DNA from: Antedon mediterranea
Lineage: Eukaryota; Animalia; Echinodermata
Length of the DNA stretch: 64,000 nt
Direction: 5' to 3'
Assembly (NCBI RefSeq): GCF_964355755.1
Contig: NC_092676.1
Location: forward strand, 10,889,888-10,953,887
Below the pieces are notes generated by a model. The model had not been told where the DNA came from and did no database searches. It was given only the letters and a program-made list of their open reading frames with translations. A program made the translations under genes and the position numbers. Below are positions 36,985 through 49,680 of the stretch, piece by piece. Position 1 is the first letter of the stretch. Each line of letters opens with the position of its first letter.

Positions 36985-39779
36985 CACCCACTAGCCCTAC
37001 TACTAGAGCACAGGCTATAGTCCTGCGAGAATGGGAAATCTGGCCTAGATAGGCATAGGCCTAGATTAGGTACGCCGCAAAAAAGCTATCCTATGAGCAT
37101 AAAAAGGCCTCGTAGTAGAGCCAAAGGTGTTAGCCCACTACTACGGATCACTAATTAATCTATCTAGGGCTAGCTAGCCTAGGCCTATATAGAGTTCATT
37201 TTAAATTAAGTAGGCCTGGTTGGTTGGTTGCTCTAGTTAGGCCTGGGCTTCAGTAATTTCGGTCGCATTTTCGGCCTACTTTTCAGGACATGTGAGAGGT
37301 GAGGTAGGTTAGCCCAGCTAGGCTAACCTAACCTGTAAATAAGTAGTATTCTAGCCCATCCATGATGCCTGATGGGTACGAGTTGGCAGCCATTGGTACG
37401 AGTTGACCCGTATTCTAGCTAGGGTGTCCTGGTCAACCCGTACCCAAACCATGGAGTAAAGCCCAAACCAACCCGTATATGTAATATAAATATACTTTTA
37501 ATAGCATTAAACATGGGTACAGGCGCGCCAGCCCATGATGAGTACGAGCCAGCCCATGATGTGCAGGAGTGGGCCAACATTTTGGGTATGAGTAAACCAA
37601 AATTTGGGTACGTTGTTGGCATGGGTACGTGTTGACCTGTATCCTTCTAGCTAATCTTACTAGGCCTAGAGTAGAGTAGAGTAGGTCTATGTTATACCCA
37701 GACCGGTTACAATAATGGTCTATTCATTCTGTTTATACTGTAGCTTTATTGATAGCTGGGTTGGGGCGGCTTTTTCTCATTCTAAAACAGATTTTCTTAT
37801 CATAATAAAATAATATATGAATTTAAATGTAATATTGTATACATAATATTAGTAATTGCCATTGCATTTATTATAATTATATACTATACGGTTACCCCTT
37901 AATTATACTATAGTATAATTTTCTTGTTATATTTTACAATATTTTCTTCATAGTTCAACAATTTTTTCTTTCACAGGAGAAATTATCATACTGAATCATC
38001 ACACACCAAGTCTCATAAATCTCTACTGTATTTCTCCAAGGTACTCCAGCTACATGGTATTGCCTTGAGGCTAAACTACATTAAACGATATACTGGCGCG
38101 CACTACCATCATTCCTGGCCCGTCAACCTGGACCACATTACAGTATGGTCCAACACATAAGTACAGTAGTCGTACTACTGATTCAAAATAGTGAATTACA
38201 CCCTGTGGTCAAGGCTTTATTTGCTTTTATGCTTATTTCCTCCAAATACAGAGTACGTAGGGCTTTCAATTTGCTTTTATACTTGTTAATTTAAAAATCG
38301 TTTATGCCTATTGTTGCATAAAGTATCAAATTTAGACTGTAAGTACTGGGATGATCACCCTAAATTTTCTTTTTCAATTAACAATTTTATATTTCACAGC
38401 TGAAAAATGCACTAAAGCATCATATAGAGATTTTTTATTCATAACTGTTAAATTGCATCCCAATACATGGTACCTATATAAAAATACAAAGGCGGCCAAC
38501 ACAGATAGTTTGATATATACAGTACTCTCTTATAAATAGATGTATCTCTCCAAATTACTCCAACTACCTAATTAGCATACTACTGTACACTTTGTAGACA
38601 AGAAATAAATTGTATCCACCTAGAGGACTTATGGTAGTACAGTCGATCGTCCTGTCACTGGCCCGGTAAACATAATCTACGCCTAGATTATTACAGTAAT
38701 TAAAGTACATTATTACAGAGATTTTTTTTTTTGGATAGACCTCCATGTAAATTCATTAAAGGCTATATGATTGCTTTATATTTTAATATGTGATAGTAGA
38801 TAATCATTGTGCATAATGAAGACTATGAATCTAATATTTACTTGCATTCTCATCTTTTTAAAATTGTATTTATAATGCTGGTAATGAGTTTACTATTGAA
38901 AAAGTCATGTTTCCACTTATCTCAAATTGTGGCACACCTCTAACCTTGGTAGAACTGACTGTGTTCTACATGAGTACATTTATTCTGGCATATAGTAGTG
39001 TTTCCACCATACTTCAACCTGGTAATTGAATAAATTTCATCGGGGTAAAATTTAAACTAATTATCACCTTTTAACATAAAGTATCCTCCTGAAACATGTT
39101 TGTACTGTACTTCATCTAATATCCATTACTTAATACTAATTTGGGTGATTTATGTCTAACTTCAGGAATGATCTAAGGCTAGAAGAACGAATTTCTGTAC
39201 ATATAATTTATATAAAAAATAAACCAATGTTTTCCTGATAACTTAACCCCTAGGTTGATAACTAACAAAGAAATTATTGAAATTGTGTTCTTACAATATA
39301 TGTGTACTGTATCTACATATGCATACTGCGTTGAAAAGAAGAATGTTTTATAGTTGTTATAGGTTATTTCCAAATATTAAAGGTCTGATATCTAACATAA
39401 ACTAAATGTTATCAAACTATGTTTTCGAAAATCTTTATGATATAATAATTATAATATAAATATGAACATAATATTAAATTATATTGACTATTTTTGATAA
39501 TCATCATGTCCTTATAAATTCATTTTTATTTATTTTGTGGTAATATAGTTCATATATTATGTATTAAATAAATTGTTAAGGCCCTATACTGTTTATATTT
39601 AAGGAAAGTTTATTATACACTATTATTTTATGCCTACCAATATTAGTATTAATTGTTTATGTAACTATTTTGTCTAATTGCATTGGATTTTTGTATAGGC
39701 CAATGGCATTAATGTTTTTCTCAAAGCAAATTAGCCTAATAATGCCATATTTAGACACATAATTCATTGATTTTTTTTT

Positions 39780-39915
39780 GCTGTCATGAGAGTTAATTTC
39801 ACTCTTAAATTTGGATCGGACTAATATATCACGAAGGTTGGGAGGTCTACGAAATGCAATAATGGGTGGTTCCGGAAAAACAGTCCTGAGACGTTCTGTG
39901 GACTGTAGAATGGGC
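39780..39915 (-). pseudogene. Penelope-like element fragment (linker before GIY-YIG)
   Basis: ILQSTERLRTVFPEPPIIAFRRPPNLRDILVRSK matches the typical PLE motif FPEPPxxAxRRPxNLxDxLV. Confidence 0.75.
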
Positions 39916-41977
39916 AACCAGCCAAGTTGTTTGGACAAGTAGTTCTCGAGGAAATGCTATTTTTGTTTACGTATAACAATAACTTACTAACTGAGTAATC
40001 CTGCTAACAGACAAACAGACTCGCGCGATCGATTACATATACCTCCTTGGCGGAGGTAAACAATAATAAAACGATTGTGATTGGTTATCAATAACGTTTC
40101 TCTCTTGGTATTTTACTTAAGCATATATCCAACAGCGAGGTGTCAATTACCTGATGAATTATTATTAGAATGAATAAAATAACATATTTATGAAAATAAT
40201 GGCAACAATGAAACTTTTTTGTTACTGTTAATTGTTCCGCTTGCTGTTTCTGTGTTAATTTTCTATCGTGTATCAAACAACAATTCTATTAGGCCTATAT
40301 GAATTATTGGACTTGCTATTAACAATTGAATACGTTCTTCAGTTTTAATCTCATTATGTACATCAGTGGAAATCGTGCGTAACTGTTCATATTACTAACA
40401 CGTTCCTCAGTTTGGTATGCCATTATATAAACAAACAAACTCTTCTGAAAATAAATAAAATGATAAACAAATAGTAGCATAATAATGTAATTAGAATAGA
40501 ATCTTTCAAATTACTAAAAACAATATATATTTAAACTGATCTAATAATCAAACAAATATTAAAGTCATTTATGGAAAAAAAAAATATATTGTAAATATGA
40601 TAGTAATAAGTCATTTAACCCTAAAAATACATACAGTATGAAAGAAATATGAGAGTATATAATTCGACTTAAACAAAACGAGTACATAATCATAAATCTT
40701 ACAATTTTAGAAACAGTAATGAATTTCGATTACCATTATGTCAAAATATTAAAATTATTTATTATAATTAATATTAATAATAAAGTGTTTTCTGAACTGG
40801 TAAAATATTGCAAGCACAGCCCGGCAAATAATGTGTATTTTGTTAACTAGATGGTACGCGAGCGAAGCAAGCGTACCATAGGTCGTACCCACAGATGGTT
40901 CTCGAATACACAGTAATTTATGTGTTAAAACAATGGCGATTTCAAATGTACGTACCACAGGAACGAATAAATAGACACGGTGATTCGTTTGTAGTCAACT
41001 AAATTTAGCACCCTGGGAATTACTTCCGAAAAAATCCCCAAATTTTTTAGTCAAATTTAAATAAACCAAATTCGTGTTTTGTATGTAACATTAGAATTAG
41101 GGGATGGGGAAGAGGATGGGTGCAAAGAGGAACAATTTTTAAATAAATAAATAACAATAACAATAATAATAACAACAACAACAATAAATACAGTTTAAAA
41201 ATTCAAAGTTCAAATTTGTTTACAACACCACACCATTAGACACCTGTGGCTGTCAAATTGCACCACTCCAACAGGTTTAAATCACAAAAAAAGTTCACAG
41301 AATTCTAATTAAAAACTAAAACGATACATTCTGTAACATAAATAGCCTACTCACGATTTCGAACTAATACTTATAATAATACTTATAGTTAATAATAGTA
41401 TACCTTGCCATATCCATTAATAGTTACAAATTTAAGGGAGACAAATACATTTTAATAACGCTTTTGAATCAGTGGCAGTACACTTAAAAACGGTTCAACT
41501 AATTATATTTCAACATTTGTTATAATGGAATAATGTCTACATTATTATCGTGTTAATGTGTGTAAAAACAGTAATTTTGTCGGGTTGCCTAATCTTATAA
41601 CGATGTGGTTCAAATATTTCTTTACATCGACATTTTTAGTTGTAATACTTTAGCCTTTAATATCATTTAAATAATATATAAATATGTTTGGTTTCTTATG
41701 TTCAATATAATTAATTTTATGTAAATAAAATGTTATATTATATGGCAATCTTTTATTGGTGTTTTGATACACTGTATCTTGAATAAATAAATAAATATCA
41801 CTGGTCACTCTGGTTTCATAACGTAGACCCAAATTAAATAAACAATATAAGATATTATCTTATACTTTGCAAAAGGTTTCGTGTAAAGGATGTAGGTTGA
41901 GAAATTACCAGCTGTGTTTCTATATTTTGTATGTATAAAAGATTAATATAATGGCAAGAATACAAGTCGATGGCAAC

Positions 41978-42043
41978 TATAAAGGTGAGCTCCTTACATA
42001 CATCTTCTCAGTTTGTATATGATTGCCTCTGAGAAAACATATT
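41978..42043 (+). promoter_or_regulatory. Putative TATA/Inr promoter and non-coding first exon of MSMB-like gene 2
   Basis: TATAAA at 41978-41983; Inr TCAGTT with A at 42010 (32 nt downstream); donor GTAAGT at 42044; acceptor TAG at 42737-42739 before the ATG exon. Confidence 0.6.
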
Positions 42044-42752
42044 GTAAGTATGTACGTGTTAATAATCATCTTTTTGATCCATGGCCATCTTTTTCTTTCT
42101 TCGTCTCGTTTTCATTATTTCGTTTTACACCAGTCAATTAATATCATCATTGTAACAATCATTGTCTCCTTCACCTCCTTCTATATCATACAATTGACTG
42201 TTTATTACTATACTGTAGCCGTCTTCAATATTTTGAAATCATCTTCAGCATCTAATTGTTATAGGCCTACTCAGTGGTTTGTTTCTATAAGTAAAGTATT
42301 ATCCATATTAACAGCATATTCCTGGCTTAAAAACCTATACCAATTTCTAAATTATCCAAATCATCATCATCAATTTTCATTTATTTAACCAATCTATCAT
42401 ATCTCTAGCTTCTGATTTTTGTAATTGAAATTGGTTTTCTGCATTTTCTATCTATTTGTGTTACCATTTTGTGTTACCTTTTTCTTAAATACAAAATGTG
42501 CTTTTTAGGGCTTCTCATCATCACTCTGTGATTTTCATTAATTAGTGTGTGTTGTTGCAATTAACACTCACTTATTAATGATCAAACGTTAATATCAAAA
42601 TTATTAATTTATTATCTTCTGTAATACAATCAGTCATGTTAAACCCTGTAGTGGTCATCTTTCTTTAGTCATAAACATGTTTGCAATTATGTGGTGAACG
42701 TTTCTACAAAAAGGTTGCATCATGATATGTTTTCGATAGATTTGATACCAAG

Positions 42753-45700
42753 ATGAAACGGTTGAATGTACTTCTTGTTGTAGCTGTGCTATATGTTGTT
42801 ATGTTCAAGGTTGATGCAGCGTGTATTCAACAACGTGAGTATGCCTAAAGGCCAATTTACACAGGCGAGCGGTACCTATCGAGACGGAGTTTCCGCTCAA
42901 TCGCCCGTCCGCGTTTTGTGTAAAGTCATAAAAAATAACATAGATTCTATGTTTTTTAATTCCGCTTACCCTCATAGATTACCGTTGTCACTTGTCTGTG
43001 TAAATTGACCTTAAAGCTTCTATTGAATGTTAATGGTTAACCTAATTTATCCATGAATATAAAACCTTATAAGAGCAGGACCGGTTGAGACGAAGTGGCT
43101 GACTGGCCTACTGCATGACTGCTTCACAATCAGCGATGAAAGAAACAGTAATACTTTTGTATAATTTAATTTAGAACTAAATATTAGAGATAAAATTTAG
43201 CTTGTCCCAGCTAGAATCCGGTATCTATCGAAACAAGGCCATATAAATGGCTGCAGTCGCGTGATCTAATTTGAGTTAGTGTTTACCGACCGACCAACCG
43301 ACCGACCAACCATCCGACCAACCGACCGACATAGTGAGCTGTTGAGTAGAGTAAAAATACTACAGTGGATGCTGCAATTTGCATTAAAGGAGAAGGTGTT
43401 AGATGAAAAAGGAACTCTTATAGATTATCAGGTGGCAAGAGGAGAAAACCAAGGGCTGGAAAGAGAAAGCCATACATGGAGATTCTTGATGATATTAGAA
43501 ATGTTGTAAAACAGAAATCGGGCAAAAAAAGTGCATATTAAGGTTTAACGAGCAGTGCGCGTGCGAAAATCTGTGCATTCAAGGCAATTTTTTAAACGCT
43601 TAAAATTTCCTGAAACATACTCTAATTTCATCGAAAATAAAATTTGAAAATTTTAAGCGCGCGTACGCATGCGTTATATGCACTGCGCACGTAATTGTAT
43701 TGCCATATGATGAAATATGACCTGAAATTTATGAGTACCAAATTTTATTTAATTGTGATTCATGCTTCTGAAGATATGATTACAAACGCGATTTCGTTAA
43801 ATCGTGCGTAGACCGCGTAATTTTTGATTGCGCACCGTGAAAACATGACCACATCGATTCATGGCCATAAGGAATATACTGTAAAAAATTGACTTAGCTA
43901 GATGAAACTGATATCAAGACAAGGCCATATAAAATTAGTGTTTACCGACCGACCGACCGACATAGTGAGCTGTAGAGTCGTAAAGAGTAAAAATAACATA
44001 GATTCACAATCAGCGATGAAAGAAACAGTAATAATTTTGTATAATTTAATTATAAAACTAAAAATTAGAGATAAAATATAAGGGTAAAAAATAAAAAAGG
44101 TTACGTGGCCTATAAATATATGTATCAATTTATAGAAACTTAGATGATTATAGATGACATAGCTATAATATATTAATAATATTACTAATAAATTACTAAA
44201 TTCAAAGATGCTGTGAAACTTTGTACACTTTGATGAATAAAGAAATAACGTGAAAACGCGTTTGACATGTGTCATTTGGAAAATTCCAGGGGGTTCACTT
44301 GTGTTTTCATTTTACAGTACAGTAATACAATTATCTTTATTGAAAAAGCATTATCTTCGGATCACAACAGACTAGACTTTACTTTCTTCAAAGTTTACGA
44401 AATTACATGTAGTAGTAATACAAAGTTAAATTATGCTGGTAGTATCACCATAATAGATGAACTGTCATGGTATTATTTTTGTATGTACATTATAGCAGGA
44501 TGTAAAGACAACGAAGGAAATCTGTATAAATCTGGTGAGCAATGGACAACTAGAAATGATGATCACTGCATAACGTGCACTTGTTACGGCGAAGTTGCTG
44601 TTTGCTGTTCAACGTAAGTTTAATCCTGGTTGATGATTGCTTGTTGGTTTCTTCATATTCCTTGTATTGCTATGCAATAAATAACTGTACAGTAAATCAA
44701 TACGGTATATTAGTATAAAGTAACATGTCTTACGAAAAGTGAAGACCTGTTTAACATCCTCCATACATAGATAAGTATGGACAGTATCATGTATAAAATA
44801 ACTTGTTTAATTTTCTTGTTAGTATTATTCATACCATTTATTATTTCTTTAGTTTACTCAAAGCATACATTAAGACGTAGTTATGGGATGAGTTACTACA
44901 AAATTTCGTTTCAAAATCAATCGAATCAAACTTTAAAATGTATTATTAACACCTAAATAGATTCCTGTCATTTGATTGGACGATTGTGGGTCACACGATA
45001 AAGAGTAAGTGAACTATAAATCGTTCCACATAGCGCGGTGAATCCAGAATTTAACCGGAAGAAGCCTGGACAGCGTAACAACAATGCTTTGCGCATGCTC
45101 CAGCGGCTTTGCGCATGCTCCGTTAAGAGCGCGTTGAATTACTATCAACCGGTTGCATTATTTGTTTTCCTATTTGGTTAAGGCAGAAACTATAGAGGAT
45201 GTGCATTTATCATGAATATTCAAGATGCATGCCTGAGCTCATGACGTCATACGTCAAAACACACTTCCTGCTGATGCATCGCGCACGTTCGCACTATCGC
45301 AGTGCAGATTGGAGTACTGTAGGCCTATTCTTTTTCTCTCGATGTTTTTGATAGACCTGCAATTTTTGTCGTTTTGTAAAAATAATGCATATGCAGTATA
45401 TAACTTTAAAACATTAAACCAAGTCATTTCTTGTTTTACATGTTCGTTATATTAAGGTTGATTATGGCTGGCCCAGTCGCGTGCGCAAATTTGAGTTAGT
45501 GTTTATCAACCGACCGCCCGACATAGTGAGCTATAGAGTCGCGTTTTGCACGCGACTAAAAAGAGAAAAACAATGCACTCGCGTCGAAAGTTCTCTCGGA
45601 GACGTTTCTAGGCCTATCTTAGTTTGGCTTAGTTTTGTAAGCCTAGCTGGTAAAGAGCGGTAGCGTACGAACATCGTACGCTAGCTATAGGCCTAGCCTG

Positions 45701-47374
45701 ACATTGTCGCCTTGCTGAATTGTTCCCTTTTCGGCAGAATCCGTTAATATGTAGGCCTAGCTATATGATATAATTAAATCTATAATCACAATTGATTCTA
45801 AGCTGTTGGCCTATTTACACTTAGAACTAATAAAAAAAAATAAAAAAATATATATAGGCCTATTTTCCGGGGAATTTTATGTAGGGGAATTTTACAGTAG
45901 GCGGAGGTTTGTACTCTCGAAGTACCCTCTAGTTTATTTTTGTTTTTGCATTAGCAGTTCCAAATGTTTTCCCATATAGGAATAATTCATGTTGTGAAAG
46001 TACAATGTGAGCCTAAGCATGAATGTATGTCATTTTAGTGTCAAATTATTAATCAATTTCATTTACACTCTTGCGTTTTGCAAATTTCATTTACACTCTT
46101 GCGTTTTGCAGCAGCTACACTAGTAGCGCGACTAGAGGTCATTTTCGATTACCGTGTGAAAACTATTTCCAAGGTTTTACATGGATATTCATGTATGGAT
46201 TCAGGACATCTATAGCTTCTACCTTAACCTAATAGGAACAAAAATAATTCCAACTGGAATAACAAACAACGCGCGAACTCTCATAACAACCGATCTCCGA
46301 TTGCAATTTTGCTATGTCGCGAGTGACACGATGAAATTACTCAATTATATAATGATAATGATGCAGACTAAAAACTACCAAAAACAAATTAAATATACGG
46401 TCGTTAATGCTATAGAAGTAAATACAGTACCTACTTTTTTGTTTAAATGTATTCTACTGTAGCTGATCCTACTATGCCCAGGCTAGCCTACGTTTCAATC
46501 TGAATCAAAATGTAGCCTAGACAAGGCTTACCTTCCTTTCATTCTATCTGAATTAAATCACAAGAATCTACTTAGATGTTATATCAAACAAATAATTTTA
46601 TTTTTCTGCTATGGTACAAATGCCATTCGGTGAAAGATGAAAGGTCATATTTCATCTTTCATCCCTTGAAATTATTTATTTTATACCATCACACTAAAAA
46701 ACGGTAACGTAAAATGACGTCACCGTTAAAGTGTGTCGTCACATCTATATATAAATTATGCTTAATTTTGACATAGGCGAGTACATTGGAAAAACCTCGG
46801 ATACAATCTCCGCCTTGGACACATACCTCATATATCTCAGATGTACCGTGAAACGTAGATTTGATAACATTAGTTCTCACTATTACGATATTGTTCCATA
46901 TTTAAATCTTAGGAAGATAAAGGGTTTTAAAACAAAATTTCTGATTTCATCGGTAGACTTTCAATCGTAGTCGGAAGTAATTTCCGGGTTCACGGTGAGA
47001 GTCATCACCTTTCAACTTTCTGGTTTCAACTAAGTTGGCCGTTGTTGGCGATAGCCATTTTACTTAATTGTTTATAACAATATATTTTGGCACATTTTTT
47101 TTTTATTCAGTGGAAAATAGTGACATTAAAATACAATTTCGGGGTATTTCATGAAATCCCCCGAATTTTGAAAGACTTATTATTTACTTCAATTAATAAT
47201 TATTATATAGCTGGCCGAATAAAGAATTATTTGTTTCATCACAGAATGAGATACACCAGTTACCCAGACCACTGTGCTGATATTTTTGACAAAGACAAGT
47301 GTGTGCATCATTTAGTAGAGAGATCAGATCCTTGCAAGAAATGTACCGGACCAGCAACAGGAGTTGGAAGATAA
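42753..47374 (+). CDS. Secreted beta-microseminoprotein (MSMB/MSMP)-like protein 2; coding exons 42753-42834, 44496-44613, 47245-47374
   Basis: Spliced product MKRLNVLLVVAVLYVVMFKVDA-ACIQQPGCKDNEGNLYKSGEQWTTRNDDHCITCTCYGEVAVCCSTMRYTSYPDHCADIFDKDKCVHHLVERSDPCKKCTGPATGVGR*. Same intron phases and Cys pattern as paralogue 1; NAGNAG acceptor at 44493-44498. Confidence 0.88.
42849..43011. mobile_element. PIF/Harbinger (Tourist-like) MITE, 163 bp
   Basis: AGGCCAATTTACACAG / CTGTGTAAATTGACCT with TAA TSD (42846-42848, 43012-43014). Confidence 0.8.
43231..43985 (-). mobile_element. Second HINE/DINE-like copy, in an intron of MSMB-like gene 2
   Basis: AAACAAGGCCATATAAATGGC (stem-loop) followed by AGTCGCGTG, (GACC)n, and a core matching 27474-27890. 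A short related copy lies at ~45470-45562 and a fragment at 1-70. Confidence 0.7.
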
Positions 47375-49340
47375 GAATTTCAATGCGATGGATCAGTAGG
47401 CCTGATATAGATTTCGTACTTATCAGTAGACCTAGTATGAAAAAATTCTATATTAGTTTAACTCACAAAAATAACGAATAAATGTTTTATGCATATGTAT
47501 TTACAAACACAATTTTGGTCTCACTTTTTTATATTCAAACTCAAATTTCGCGGCCCGACTCCACTTATGTTATGTTGATAACAATAGAAATTGAAAATGG
47601 ATCTTTTAACAATGTTTATTTATGAATTTTGAATCATAGTTAATTCTTTTAGTAACGATTAGTAGAGTAGATTTATGTGACTTATTTGAGGTAATTATTG
47701 TACGTATTGTATTGATAGTTCGTGTTGAAAATTGAATTGCCAAAGAATATAATAAACAAGTAGGCCTAAGTAAGAATCTGAACTCATCATTCAGATTTCA
47801 GTATCAACTACAGTATATTTAATCATTGTGTTGTTGGGAAGAGGAGTGGTCTAGATTACCAATGGTTTAATATTGACTATATCGGCGGATTAATATATCA
47901 AGGGGCAATACAACAAATACATTAACATGTGCCATAAACCACCAAGAAGTGAATGTTGTATAAAATTGTATAGGAAAAAAACAGCCTGAAACAACTATGA
48001 ATTCCATCTTTTATGACGATTCATCAGCCTAAATTTTACTTCTATGTAGAAAGGGTACTTTGTCAGAAATGTTATAAATCACATAAATGGTAATTCGTAC
48101 GACGAACCTCTGCCTGTACCTGTGCCCGACATATACAAGCCACAGTCGTCGATTTTTTTTCGTAAAAACCTGTATCGCCGACAAACGGAAGAAAATCGTT
48201 CATTAGATCATCATCAAATTCAACCGAAAAAAACCCCCACAGAGACCAAATATATCAAGAGTGGAGCAAGTACCACGACACAGTCCACCGACTGCAAAAG
48301 GACATATCATATCAGATCTCCCTATGTAATTTTATAATACTATTCCGATGCTTTATGGCGTATGTTTAATTTGATCTTTATTAATTTGCAGTACAATTTT
48401 TATTTGTTAACTACCGTACCTTCACACGCGCGGTCCGATCCGAATAAAAAAAAATAAAATGGCTATAGCCGGCCACGGCCAACTTAGTTGTTGAAACCAG
48501 GAAGTTGCAAGGTGAACATGAGTAGGCCTAGTAAAAATATCCTGGCCTAGCCCCCGTAGAGGGCATTTGAGGGGATGACATTAGTTAATCCTATTATAAT
48601 TATTATAATGGTAAACAATAGTAAGGATGTAAGACAATGGAGATGTTATATATTAATACACATATAATATAAAATTATTAAATAATAAATAAAATGTATT
48701 TGGTGATTTAGTCGCTGTAAGGAGAACAAATGGTTCCCAATGGGTAAGTATAAGATAATAGGTGTTATGTTTCGGATTATAATACAATGGTTGACATTGG
48801 GTGAGAAAGTAAGACAATATAGTTTTTGTGGGAACTGAATTAGTCATGGATACAAATAAAGATGCACCTGGTTGATTAAAACTAGTTAATAAAGTTGTTA
48901 TGGTGTTTTTGTTTAATCTATGCCGACATATACCTAAGGCATAAGTCAATTTGGTCCGGATATTTAGGATTTTAAAATAAAGGTTATTTAAATATGTAAA
49001 ATTAACTAATGAAGGTGTTCTTATTATTCTTTACCGACATGTACTTAACGGACAATGCAGTTGTTATTTAATTTGAAAAATACAATAGTTAACGATGGTA
49101 AGGAAGTTAGACAATGTATATTTGAATTAGTGGAGGTAATTTAAATGAGGGTAAGTATGCTTATTGTAGTACATATGCATTTGTTCCGAGAAATGTTAAC
49201 AAATAGGAACATCGGCAATATAAACAAAAGGTGTATTCTATAAGTTACAGTAGCGGTAATTTCAAATGATTTACAAAAAAGGTGTGTTAGTATAATTTAC
49301 AGTGACGGTTTTTTTTAAAGTTTCGCGGTCTAGCCCGGTG

Positions 49341-49678
49341 GCGATTTTTTTTTTTCGTACATAAGTTGGGGACCCCCTTATGAAACGTCACAAAATAAAC
49401 TATAATTTTAACACGTAATAAATTATATTAAAAACACCATAAACTAAAGGCTGATTATTTCGACAATCCACACAAAACGCCGCTATTCTTCTATGAAATC
49501 GCACGCCGCAACAACAGCGGAGATAGGCCTAGAATCGTACCGCACTTGTGTAATCACTTCTTGTTGCCATACGCTTGGGTGCACACGGAACAAGAAAATT
49601 TAACTGATGAATTATTCATGTTTATTTTGTGACGTTTCATAAGGGGGTCCCCAACTTATGTACGAAAAAAAAAATCGC
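49341..49678. mobile_element. Mutator-type MITE, 338 bp, ~60-bp TIRs
   Basis: GCGATTTTTTTTTTTCGTACATAAGTTGGGGACCCCCTTATGAAACGTCACAAAATAAAC is inverted at 49620-49678; 9-bp TSD AGCCCGGTG (49332-49340, 49679-49687). Confidence 0.88.
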
Positions 49679-49680
49679 AG

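Noticed and set aside
47780-48400. Possible transposase or RAG-like coding remnant inside the 47006-48514 inverted repeats
   Set aside because: The frames I translated gave no recognisable motifs.
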